Below are positions 1 through 8,306 of a DNA stretch of 32,972 nucleotides, in pieces. The stretch is from the sequence record SRR31156797_6766, one strand, 5' to 3'. Within the stretch, counting starts at the first letter, position 1; each line of letters starts with the position of its first letter. The notes under the pieces are model-generated. The model saw only the letters and a list, made by a program, of their open reading frames with translations, was not told the origin of the DNA and did not search any database. The position numbers were made by a program, and so were the translations under genes.

Positions 1-387
1 CTTTTCTTCTTTATGGTAAGTACTACCATGAGGGAGCAGGAACTTAAAATTACTGTAAGTGTGCCTGAAGCAACTGAATTACAGAAATTGGAGAAGAAAT
101 CACTTGTAAGTTATATTTACGTGGGTAAACCTAAAAGAAATTATCAAAAGATTTTTGGATCGGAACCACGTATTCAGCTGAATGATGCCTTTAAACAAGT
201 AAAAGAAATTCCTGATTATGTAGCCGCTGAGCGTGAAGCTCGCGACGAGAACGAACGTCCTTTTATGACTACTTCACTTAAAATTGATGAAGAAGTTAAA
301 ATGGGAATCGTAACTGACATCAAACAGGAACTTAGAAAAGCAAATGCTTTGAAGATTAACTATTCTTCTAAACAAAAAACACCTTAA
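1..387 (+). CDS. exbD: ExbD/TolR family biopolymer transport protein, 5'-truncated by window edge
   Basis: Frame is open from base 1 (LFFFMVSTTM, the end of the ExbD TM segment); C-terminal 'SLKIDEEVKMGIVTDIKQELRKANALKINY' is typical of Bacteroidota ExbD. Confidence 0.8.
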   Translation, partial: LFFFMVSTTMREQELKITVSVPEATELQKLEKKSLVSYIYVGKPKRNYQKIFGSEPRIQLNDAFKQVKEIPDYVAAEREARDENERPFMTTSLKIDEEVKMGIVTDIKQELRKANALKINYSSKQKTP

Positions 388-406
388 AGCATTTTATTAT
401 ATGATC

Positions 407-436
407 AAAAAGGGAAGTATTTGCTTCCCTTTTTTT
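407..436 (+). terminator. Rho-independent terminator
   Basis: aaaaagggaagta-tt-tgcttccctttttt hairpin with U-tract just after the stop at 387. Confidence 0.85.
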
Positions 437-523
437 GTTTGCTTTATTCTTAGGTTTTCACTAATTTTATACAAGAACACTAGCCTGTAAATTGAGTTAA
501 TTTGGGATTCAAAATCATTAACG

Positions 524-1351
524 ATGAAGCATGTATTAGTTCCGGTTGATTTTAGTGAAGACTCTGTCAATGCCCTTGAAATGGCAGTGCATTATGCCAA
601 TTCCATGGATCATAATGTTAGACTACTTCATGTAATAAAAGACGCAGTTTTTTATCAACGTAACTTTGCCCTGACCAATTTAGTGGATGTGAAAAATGAG
701 AAAGTAATTCAAAATTTGAAAAAAATTGTTTCTCAGTTCAAGTCAAAAGTGAAAAATGAAATTGATTTTAGAATAAGAAGCGGTAAAATTTATAACGAAA
801 TTGCAAATCAGGCGAAATACGGTGAAGCAGAACTAATTGTAATTGGAACGCATGGAACATCAGGTTTTGAAGAACTTTGGCTTGGAAGTAACGCATACAA
901 AGTTGTGAATAACTCACCTTGTCCGGTGCTTAGTGTCAGAAACTCATATAGAAGACACCAAATTAATCGAATTGTGTTACCCATTGATGACACTCCGGAG
1001 ACCAGACAAAAAGTGCCATATACTGCGCGAATTGCAAAACAGTTCAATGCACTAATTCATATTGTTCAGGTTACAGAGTCTAAAAAAGATTCAATTCGAG
1101 AACGCATTAATGAATATGCCAATCAAGTAGCAAAATTCTTTGAAAACAATGATATAGAATTTGAGAATGAATATCTGTATGGAAATAATCTTACAGATAT
1201 GACTATCGATTATGCTTTAAGAAAAGATGCTGATTTAATTTCTATTATGACAGAGCAATCTGAAAGCACTAAAAATATTTGGTTAGGTCCTTACGCTCAG
1301 CAAATGGTAAATCATTCTCCTGTTCCTGTTTTAAGTATTCAACCCTATTAA
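524..1351 (+). CDS. Universal stress protein (tandem USP domains)
   Basis: N-terminal 'HVLVPVDFSEDS', 'LIVIGTHGTSG...LGSNAYKVVNNSPCPVLSV'; second domain ends 'NHSPVPVLSI'. Confidence 0.92.
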   Translation: MKHVLVPVDFSEDSVNALEMAVHYANSMDHNVRLLHVIKDAVFYQRNFALTNLVDVKNEKVIQNLKKIVSQFKSKVKNEIDFRIRSGKIYNEIANQAKYGEAELIVIGTHGTSGFEELWLGSNAYKVVNNSPCPVLSVRNSYRRHQINRIVLPIDDTPETRQKVPYTARIAKQFNALIHIVQVTESKKDSIRERINEYANQVAKFFENNDIEFENEYLYGNNLTDMTIDYALRKDADLISIMTEQSESTKNIWLGPYAQQMVNHSPVPVLSIQPY

Positions 1352-1380
1352 AAGGGACATACAATTTCAATTAATTTTTG

Positions 1381-1388
1381 TACGTTTG
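1381..1388 (+). promoter_or_regulatory. Bacteroidota housekeeping-sigma -7 promoter element
   Basis: TACGTTTG matches TAnnTTTG, upstream of the SPOR-tkt-purF genes. Confidence 0.6.
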
Positions 1389-1420
1389 CAGTGAATAAAA
1401 TTAAAATTAACGGCATTGCT

Positions 1421-1894
1421 ATGATGATCCGATTTCTGTTAGTTGTTTGGCTCGTAATTCCTATTTTATCCCAGGCACAATCTGATACTGCATCTATTTT
1501 TATGCTCTTCCGTGATACTACCGGAGGCAAAGGAGTGGTGAATATTCATCAGGATCCTTTAACCAGGTTTCTCATAGACAGGGATGTACAAATTCACCAA
1601 AAGCAGCGTGGAATAAAAGATGGTTATCGTATTCAAATATTTAGCAGTTTTGGAAACGATTCAAGAGACCGATCACGTGATGCCAGGGTTAGGTTTCTTA
1701 CAAAATTTCCTGATTTTGATCCTGTTAGAGTTTATTCAACTTATGAACCACCATTTATTAAAGTGAGGGTGGGAGATTATCGGAATAGGCAGGAGGCACT
1801 CGAAGATTATAGAGAAATTAGTAAGGATTTTCCGGATAGTTATATTGTAAAGAGTAGAATTAATTATCCGTCTTTGGATCCCGGAAAAGATTAG
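1421..1894 (+). CDS. SPOR-domain (peptidoglycan-binding) secreted protein
   Basis: Signal peptide from ATG 1421 (MMIRFLLVVWLVIPILSQA); 'GYRIQIFS...YEPPFIKVRVGDYRNRQEA...FPDSYIV' SPOR pattern; the track's GTG at 1391 is only 2 nt after the -7 box. Confidence 0.8.
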   Translation: MMIRFLLVVWLVIPILSQAQSDTASIFMLFRDTTGGKGVVNIHQDPLTRFLIDRDVQIHQKQRGIKDGYRIQIFSSFGNDSRDRSRDARVRFLTKFPDFDPVRVYSTYEPPFIKVRVGDYRNRQEALEDYREISKDFPDSYIVKSRINYPSLDPGKD

Positions 1895-1930
1895 AGAACT
1901 ATAAATAATACATGATTATCGCCATATACG

Positions 1931-2755
1931 ATGAGTTTGACAACAAAGGAATTACAAGAGATTGCCAAAACAATTCGAATAAGTGTGGTAGATGAACTAC
2001 TTCATGCAGGTTCTGGTCACTTAGGTGGCAGCTTAGGTCTTGCAGATATCTTTACAACCCTATATTTTCATGAACTTAAAAATGATCCAAAGCATCCTCA
2101 ATGGGCTGAAAGGGATCGATTAGTACTCTCCATTGGGCATGTAGCGCCGGTTTTTTATGCTGCTTTAGCACATGCCGGATATTTTCCTGTAAGTGAATTA
2201 AAAACTTTGAGAAAGATGGGTTCAATGCTGCAAGGGCATCCAGCTATTGCGCATGATGTTCCCGGATTGGAAACAACAGCGGGATCACTAGGCCAGGGAT
2301 TATCAATTGCAGTAGGTATGGCCATGGCAGCAAAGCATCAAAATGCTAAACATAGGGTGTTTGCAATACTGGGTGATGGTGAGTTACAGGAAGGATCGAT
2401 ATGGGAAGCAGTCATGTCGGCCGGACATTATCAGCTTGACAATTTAATTGCTATAATAGACCGAAACAGGGTTCAGATTGATGGCGATACCGAGAAAGTA
2501 ATGCGTCTTGAACCATTGCAGGATAAATGGAGTGCTTTTAACTGGGATGTGCTCCATTGCAATGGAAATGATATATCAGATATTGTTGAGACATTTAAAA
2601 AGACTCAAAATCTGAATAGAAAACCAATTGTAATAATTGCCGATACAAAAATGGGTGCCGGAGTTCCAGAGATAGAAGATAATTATAAATGGCATGGCAA
2701 AGCACCTAATAAAGAAGAAGCGATTTCCTTTATTAGTCAAATTAAAGGTGAATGA
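1931..2755 (+). CDS. Transketolase, N-terminal (TPP-binding) subunit
   Basis: 'SGHLGGSLG', 'RDRLVLSIGH', 'LQGHP', 'GSLGQGLS', TPP motif 'GDGELQEGSIWEA...N'. Confidence 0.95.
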   Translation: MSLTTKELQEIAKTIRISVVDELLHAGSGHLGGSLGLADIFTTLYFHELKNDPKHPQWAERDRLVLSIGHVAPVFYAALAHAGYFPVSELKTLRKMGSMLQGHPAIAHDVPGLETTAGSLGQGLSIAVGMAMAAKHQNAKHRVFAILGDGELQEGSIWEAVMSAGHYQLDNLIAIIDRNRVQIDGDTEKVMRLEPLQDKWSAFNWDVLHCNGNDISDIVETFKKTQNLNRKPIVIIADTKMGAGVPEIEDNYKWHGKAPNKEEAISFISQIKGE

Positions 2756-3720
2756 TGCAAAAGAGAGATGACATACCAACACGCGTCGGATTTGGCAAAG
2801 GGCTAAAAGAAGCTGCAGCTAAAAACGATATGGTGATAGGTTTGGGAGCCGATATTACGGGTTCTGTCAATATGAACTTTTTTGCTGAAGCTTTTCCCGA
2901 AAGATTCTATTCACTTGGAATTGCAGAACAAAATATTACTACTATAGCAGCCGGCTGGGCATTGGAAGGTTTCATTCCAGTAATGGCTACGTATGGGGTT
3001 TTTGCTGCCATGCGAAATACTGATCAAATACGAATATCACTCTGCTACAATAATGTCCATGTAATAATTGGAGGGGCACATGCCGGAATATCTGTTGGTC
3101 CTGATGGAGCGACTCATCAGGCTTTAGAGGATATTGCAGTGATGCGCAGCTTACCTAATATGACAGTCCTTTCACCTTGTGATGCCACTCAGGCAGAGCA
3201 AGCCATAAAGGCTGCAGTTGAAGAAATTTCCGGACCTGTTTATATCCGTTTCGGTAGAGAAGCCGTACCTGATTTTATACCAAAGGGTACGAAATTTGAG
3301 ATAGGAAAGGCACAAACTCTATTGGAGGGAATTGACCTTTCAATTATTGCCACAGGCCATATGGTTTGGGAAGCCATTCAGGCAGCTTATGTATTACAAA
3401 ATGAAGGGATTAATGCCAGAGTAATTAATTTACATACAATAAAGCCAATTGATCGGGATACAATTATTAAGGCATCTGTTGAGACCGGAACAATTGTAAC
3501 CGCTGAAGAGCATCAGATAATGGGTGGAATGGGAAGCGCTGTTGCTGAGGTGGTAACAGATGAAGCACATTGCCCAATTACTTTTGTTGGGGTAAAAGAT
3601 ACTTTTGGAGAATCAGGTCAACCTGATGAGTTAATGGAGAAATATCAGTTAAAAGCTAAATATATCATTAAAGCAGCCTATAAGGCTTTAGAAAAGAAAA
3701 ACAATGAGCGAACTAATTAA
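2752..3720 (+). CDS. Transketolase, C-terminal subunit
   Basis: 'GIAEQN', 'GPDGATHQALED', 'GPVYIRFGR', 'EEHQIMGGMGSAVAE'; 4-nt ATGA overlap with the N-terminal subunit. Confidence 0.95.
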   Translation: MMQKRDDIPTRVGFGKGLKEAAAKNDMVIGLGADITGSVNMNFFAEAFPERFYSLGIAEQNITTIAAGWALEGFIPVMATYGVFAAMRNTDQIRISLCYNNVHVIIGGAHAGISVGPDGATHQALEDIAVMRSLPNMTVLSPCDATQAEQAIKAAVEEISGPVYIRFGREAVPDFIPKGTKFEIGKAQTLLEGIDLSIIATGHMVWEAIQAAYVLQNEGINARVINLHTIKPIDRDTIIKASVETGTIVTAEEHQIMGGMGSAVAEVVTDEAHCPITFVGVKDTFGESGQPDELMEKYQLKAKYIIKAAYKALEKKNNERTN

Positions 3721-5599
3721 ACACGAATGTGGATTTGCCTTTATCAGGCTGTTAAAACCATTAGAGTATTTCCAGTCGAAATATGGTAACTGGATGTACG
3801 GTATAAACCGAATGTATTTGATGATGGAAAAGCAGCGTAACCGTGGCCAGGATGGTGCGGGGCTGGTTTCTGTTAAACTAGATACATTGCCTGGAACACA
3901 CTATATTAATCGCTCACGTTCAAACTCATCCAGACCTATTGTTGATGTTTTTGACGAGGTTCGCCGACCAATTAATGATGCCAAAAAAAATCATCCAGAT
4001 TTATTAAAAGACACACAATGGGCAAAGAACAATATTCCATTTGCCGGAGAGCTTTATTTGGGACATTTAAGGTATGGTACTTTTGGTAAGAATGATATAG
4101 ATAATGTGCATCCTGTAATGCGTGAAAATAACTGGAAAAGTAAGAACCTGGTTGTAGCTGGAAACTTTAATCTGACTAATGTAAACGAGATGTTTCAATT
4201 GTTGGTTGATTTAGGTCAGCATCCAAAGGGGTATAGTGATACGGTTACTATTCTTGAGCAAATTGGACATCAGTTAGATGAAGAAAACCAGTTATTGTTT
4301 GATAAGCTAAAGAAAGAAGGCCATAACCATAAACAAATAAGTGCAGAAATAGCACGTTCGCTCGACCTCAAAAAAATATTAAGTGAAGCTAGTAGGGGCT
4401 GGGATGGCGGTTATGTTATTTCAGGTATAATTGGGCATGGCGATGCATTTGTAATGCGTGATGTTAATGGTATTCGACCAGCATGGTATTACGCGGATGA
4501 TGAGATTGTAGTTTCAGCCTCAGAGAGAGCAGTTATACAAACTGTGATGAAACTTCCAGAGGATAAGATCCAACCTGTGAAACCGGGGCATGCTGTTATT
4601 GTGCGCAAAAATGGTACGTGGAGCGAGGAGTTGATTAAGGAGCCTGGTGAGAGGTTGTCTTGCTCTTTTGAGCGAATTTATTTCTCACGTGGTAGCGATC
4701 GTGAAATATATAATGAGCGGAAGAGGTTGGGTGAGTTGCTAGTTCCTCAGATTGTTGAGGCTGTTGATAATGAGTTGGTTGATTCGGTATTTAGTTTCAT
4801 TCCAAATACCTCAGAGACAGCATTTTACGGCATGGTTAAAGGCATTGAAACTCATATGTTTGAAAATCAGCTTACGGCCTTAAGTGATAAAAACAATCAA
4901 GACAAGGAATCGATTCGCAACATCATTAATACACGACCCAGAGTTGAAAAAATTGCCATCAAGGATGTGAAATTGCGCACATTTATAACAGGTGATGAGA
5001 GCCGCGATGATTTAGTGGAGCACGTGTATGATATTACCTACGGAACAGTGAAAGAGGGAGTTGACAATCTGGTAGTAATTGATGATTCCATTGTACGTGG
5101 AACTACTTTAAAGCGTAGTATTTTACGTATTTTGGACAGATTAAATCCCAAACGTATCGTAATTGTATCCAGCTCACCTCAAATTAGATATCCTGACTGC
5201 TATGGTATCGATATGGCTAAACTGAATGATTTTATTGCTTTCCAGGCAGCCATTGAGTTATTGAAGGATCGTGGTCAGTATCACATTATAAATGAAGTGT
5301 ATAAGAAGTGCAAGGAGCAACAAGATTTACCAAAAGAGCAGGTGAAAAATCATGTGCGTGATATTTATGCACCATTTGAGGCACAAGAGATTTCCGATAA
5401 AATTGCTGAATTATTACGAGGTGGCATCAATGCTGAAGTGAAAGTGGTTTATCAAACCATTGAAAACTTGCATGCTGCCATTCCAAATGATAAAGGAGAC
5501 TGGTACTTTACAGGTAACTACCCAACACCGGGTGGAAATAAGGTTGTGAATCAGTCATTTATTAACTATATCGAAGGTAAGAACGAACGAGCATATTAA
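3704..5599 (+). CDS. purF: Amidophosphoribosyltransferase (long Bacteroidota form)
   Basis: Propeptide then 'HECG' nucleophile Cys, 'NRGQDGAG', 'GHLRYGT', PRT motif 'VVIDDSIVRGTT', 'PDCYGIDM'. Confidence 0.93.
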   Translation: MSELIKHECGFAFIRLLKPLEYFQSKYGNWMYGINRMYLMMEKQRNRGQDGAGLVSVKLDTLPGTHYINRSRSNSSRPIVDVFDEVRRPINDAKKNHPDLLKDTQWAKNNIPFAGELYLGHLRYGTFGKNDIDNVHPVMRENNWKSKNLVVAGNFNLTNVNEMFQLLVDLGQHPKGYSDTVTILEQIGHQLDEENQLLFDKLKKEGHNHKQISAEIARSLDLKKILSEASRGWDGGYVISGIIGHGDAFVMRDVNGIRPAWYYADDEIVVSASERAVIQTVMKLPEDKIQPVKPGHAVIVRKNGTWSEELIKEPGERLSCSFERIYFSRGSDREIYNERKRLGELLVPQIVEAVDNELVDSVFSFIPNTSETAFYGMVKGIETHMFENQLTALSDKNNQDKESIRNIINTRPRVEKIAIKDVKLRTFITGDESRDDLVEHVYDITYGTVKEGVDNLVVIDDSIVRGTTLKRSILRILDRLNPKRIVIVSSSPQIRYPDCYGIDMAKLNDFIAFQAAIELLKDRGQYHIINEVYKKCKEQQDLPKEQVKNHVRDIYAPFEAQEISDKIAELLRGGINAEVKVVYQTIENLHAAIPNDKGDWYFTGNYPTPGGNKVVNQSFINYIEGKNERAY

Positions 5600-5601
5600 A
5601 A

Positions 5602-5723
5602 GTCTCTGCAAAAAAGCTCCATTTTTAGCGTTATGCTTGTCGATAAATCGGTCAATTACTTTAGTAAAATCCCAATTTATCAACTTCACATGCCTCAAAA
5701 ATGAAGCTTTTTTTATCAGAGAC
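5602..5723 (+). repeat. ~122-nt long imperfect hairpin element, copy 1 (MITE-like or structured RNA)
   Basis: Terminal arms gtctctgcaaaaaagctccattttt / aaaaatgaagctttttttatcagagac; inner stems gataaat/atttatc and ttact/agtaa; homologous to 11059-11184. Confidence 0.8.
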
Positions 5724-5762
5724 ATAGAATATTAAAAATGTTTTTATAGCTATTAGCGATTT

Positions 5763-5789
5763 AGGATGGATTTTTCCATCCTTTTTTTT
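5763..5789 (+). terminator. Rho-independent terminator of the purF operon
   Basis: aggatgga-tttt-tccatcct followed by a T run. Confidence 0.85.
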
Positions 5790-5839
5790 GCAACTCACAT
5801 TAACATTGTGTATATTTATACAAATTCAAATGTACTGCT

Positions 5840-7288
5840 ATGAAAAAACTTCTTACTATATGGATACTTATGATTTTTGCTGGGTTTGTAAATGCTCAAA
5901 ACTGGCAACCAATTAAATCCGGATACAGTTATAATTATATTCTCGGAACGGGAGATATTATAACTCATGTAATTAAAACTGATTCAATTGAGGTTTTTGA
6001 AGGTGATTCTGTGTTTTATTTGAATAGAATTGTTACTGATTGTGATACATGCTCGAACATTGGAGATGATAATTTTTTGTTGAAAAATCAACCACAATTT
6101 TTAATGCGTGAAATGGTAAAGAAGCTAAATGGATTGTATGTTTTTCAAAACCCTGACAGGTTTGTCTTATATACTTTAGCTAATGTTAATGATTCATGGG
6201 TCTATGATTCCGTTAATAATATCACAGCAATTTGCGAATCAATCGGAGTTCAAACCATTTTTGATATTGAAGACTCAGTTAAAACCTTTACTCTTTCCAA
6301 TGGAAAAGAGATTCTAATTAGTAAATCGTTTGGGATTATTGATTTTCCTCCCAATTACCAATTAGTTGGAGTAGAAGGTGCTGAAAATGTTGGTGACCAT
6401 TTACCAGGTTTTTATGAGTTCTATGATTTTGCCATTGGAGATGTTTTTCAGTTAAAATACAGAAATATTGGGGGTGGAGATGGACATACATGGGAGAGAG
6501 TTACCAAATATGAGATTCTTGAAAAAGAAGCTTTTGAAGATTCAATTAAATACCAAATTTATAAATATGACGCTTACTGGGAGCATATTGGTGGATGGGA
6601 TTATAGTGATACTACATTTTTTAGTCAACTTAAAACTATAAAATATTCGAATTCGCCATCTGCTTTTGTAAATAGATATCCAAATCAGTTATATGATTTT
6701 GAGGATTTCTTTGGCAGTTTTTTCGATTTCAGAATGTTGAATAAAACCATTTTTACTAAAGAAAATGGTTTGTGGATAAAATATTCGGGTGCTTTAGATG
6801 AAGATTTTAATGATATATTTCCACATTATGATGTGAATGATAGTATTCCGGATTTATTAGAACGAAATATTGAGGGTCCCCAGTTTATAAAAATTAAGTA
6901 TACTGAGGGATATGGTCGAGAATATCGAGAATTAGGTTTTGAGTATTTAGTTGAAGAATATTTTACAGGCAAAGTTCACAATGGTGACACAACAGGAACC
7001 ATATATCCTAATAGTTTTTTTATGGTAGGTGTGAATGATTTAAAATTGAGCGAATTTGAGGTTTATCCAAACCCGGCTACTTCAAAAATTATAGTGCAAA
7101 GTAAATCTAATCAAATGTTTAATCGCATAGAAGTGATTGATATAACTGGACGAACGCAATTTGTTAAAAACTTACTTGAGAATAAACAAATTCAATTGGA
7201 CATTGGAGAACTTAGTAAAGGGTTTTATATAGTTCATCTGATTGAAAACGGGATTGTTGTTGGAACCGCAAAATTTCAAAAACGATAA
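5840..7288 (+). CDS. Secreted protein with T9SS type A C-terminal sorting domain
   Basis: Signal peptide (MKKLLTIWILMIFAGFVNA-Q); C-terminal 'FEVYPNPATSKI...IDITGR...LSKGFYIV...KFQKR'. Confidence 0.88.
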   Translation: MKKLLTIWILMIFAGFVNAQNWQPIKSGYSYNYILGTGDIITHVIKTDSIEVFEGDSVFYLNRIVTDCDTCSNIGDDNFLLKNQPQFLMREMVKKLNGLYVFQNPDRFVLYTLANVNDSWVYDSVNNITAICESIGVQTIFDIEDSVKTFTLSNGKEILISKSFGIIDFPPNYQLVGVEGAENVGDHLPGFYEFYDFAIGDVFQLKYRNIGGGDGHTWERVTKYEILEKEAFEDSIKYQIYKYDAYWEHIGGWDYSDTTFFSQLKTIKYSNSPSAFVNRYPNQLYDFEDFFGSFFDFRMLNKTIFTKENGLWIKYSGALDEDFNDIFPHYDVNDSIPDLLERNIEGPQFIKIKYTEGYGREYRELGFEYLVEEYFTGKVHNGDTTGTIYPNSFFMVGVNDLKLSEFEVYPNPATSKIIVQSKSNQMFNRIEVIDITGRTQFVKNLLENKQIQLDIGELSKGFYIVHLIENGIVVGTAKFQKR

Positions 7289-7292
7289 AATC

Positions 7293-7330
7293 AAAAAAGG
7301 CAGTAACATTCAAGTTCACTGCCTTTTTTT
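7293..7330. terminator. Bidirectional Rho-independent terminator
   Basis: aaaaaaggcagt...actgccttttttt between convergent genes. Confidence 0.85.
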
Positions 7331-7346
7331 AGTTGAGTACGGTTGA

Positions 7347-8294
7347 CTACTCAGGGGGTGTTTTTAATATTTTATCTTTCAAGTATAAATGTTCCTGAAT
7401 TTCAATTTGCGATTTCATTGCTGTTAGATTGGCAATGGCCCATATTTTAGGGTTATCTCCGGCTCTATTAATTAAATTGTTTTTGCAATCTTCTGGTTTC
7501 ACCGGAGGATTTGAGTTTAAAAATTGAACCTTTGAAAGGGTTTTATTGTAGTTACTCAACTTAAAGGCTGATTGAGTTAGGTCTTCATTTTGGTGCGAGA
7601 TAATTGATGCAGCAATACTGTAATTATCCTTGAAGGGAATTTTTTCAGGATTTTCTATTTGACCTGCAATGTTTTTATTGTCAGGGAACTTCAATAGCTT
7701 TTCGCTAAGATCGTCTAATTCCTTTTTTGCAGTAGCTGCATTTGAGATGATTATTGATTTTGCGTGTTGATTTGCAAATTCTTTATTCAGCTCATGCGTC
7801 AGATCATTTAAATTTTTCATTTCTTTTTGCACAGTAATGGCTTCATCAATCATATCTTTTGAAATGTTTAAAGCAAGAAAAGTTGATGTAACACCCGAAT
7901 ATGCCAGAAATAGTAATACAACAATCAGATTTGACATTGTAAATGACTTATTCTTCTTACTATAAAAGAGCAATGCCGGGATTAATACCACAAATGGGAA
8001 TAGAGTTCCAATAATTAGTAAAACTCCAGCTCCTGGCCAATGAAGAATTTTAAATAAAGCTGAAATAAAAAGTAAAGCAACGGTCAAAAACACACTCCAG
8101 TAAAAGAATTTGGATTTTTTTGCTGCATTTTTATGATTGTTTAGAAGTGCGTTAGGTGTAAATACAAACACAAGTATAAATATACCTAATGTAAGTGCTA
8201 TAGCTGCTCCCGGCCAGTGCATGGCTTTTGCAAATGCGCCAAGAGATATAAGAATGATTGAGCTTATTCCTGTTAATATGATTAATTTCTTCAT
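7347..8294 (-). CDS. Membrane protein with two GldL-N-like hairpin repeats and a helical C-terminal domain
   Basis: 'GAFAKAMHWPGA' and 'SALFKILHWPGAG' motifs, about 5 TM segments; paralog of 9598-11028. Confidence 0.7.
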   Translation of the reverse strand: MKKLIILTGISSIILISLGAFAKAMHWPGAAIALTLGIFILVFVFTPNALLNNHKNAAKKSKFFYWSVFLTVALLFISALFKILHWPGAGVLLIIGTLFPFVVLIPALLFYSKKNKSFTMSNLIVVLLFLAYSGVTSTFLALNISKDMIDEAITVQKEMKNLNDLTHELNKEFANQHAKSIIISNAATAKKELDDLSEKLLKFPDNKNIAGQIENPEKIPFKDNYSIAASIISHQNEDLTQSAFKLSNYNKTLSKVQFLNSNPPVKPEDCKNNLINRAGDNPKIWAIANLTAMKSQIEIQEHLYLKDKILKTPPE

Positions 8295-8306
8295 TTTATT
8301 TTCTTT

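Noticed and set aside
13-15. ATG at 13 as the start of the first ORF
   Set aside because: The frame is open to the window edge and encodes the end of the ExbD TM helix; the true start lies upstream
1391-1420. GTG start for the SPOR protein
   Set aside because: Too close to the -7 box; the signal peptide fits ATG 1421/1424
5596-5730. Target-site duplication around the hairpin element
   Set aside because: Flanks (ttaaaa / atagaa; copy 2 taaata / aaactt) show no convincing direct repeat
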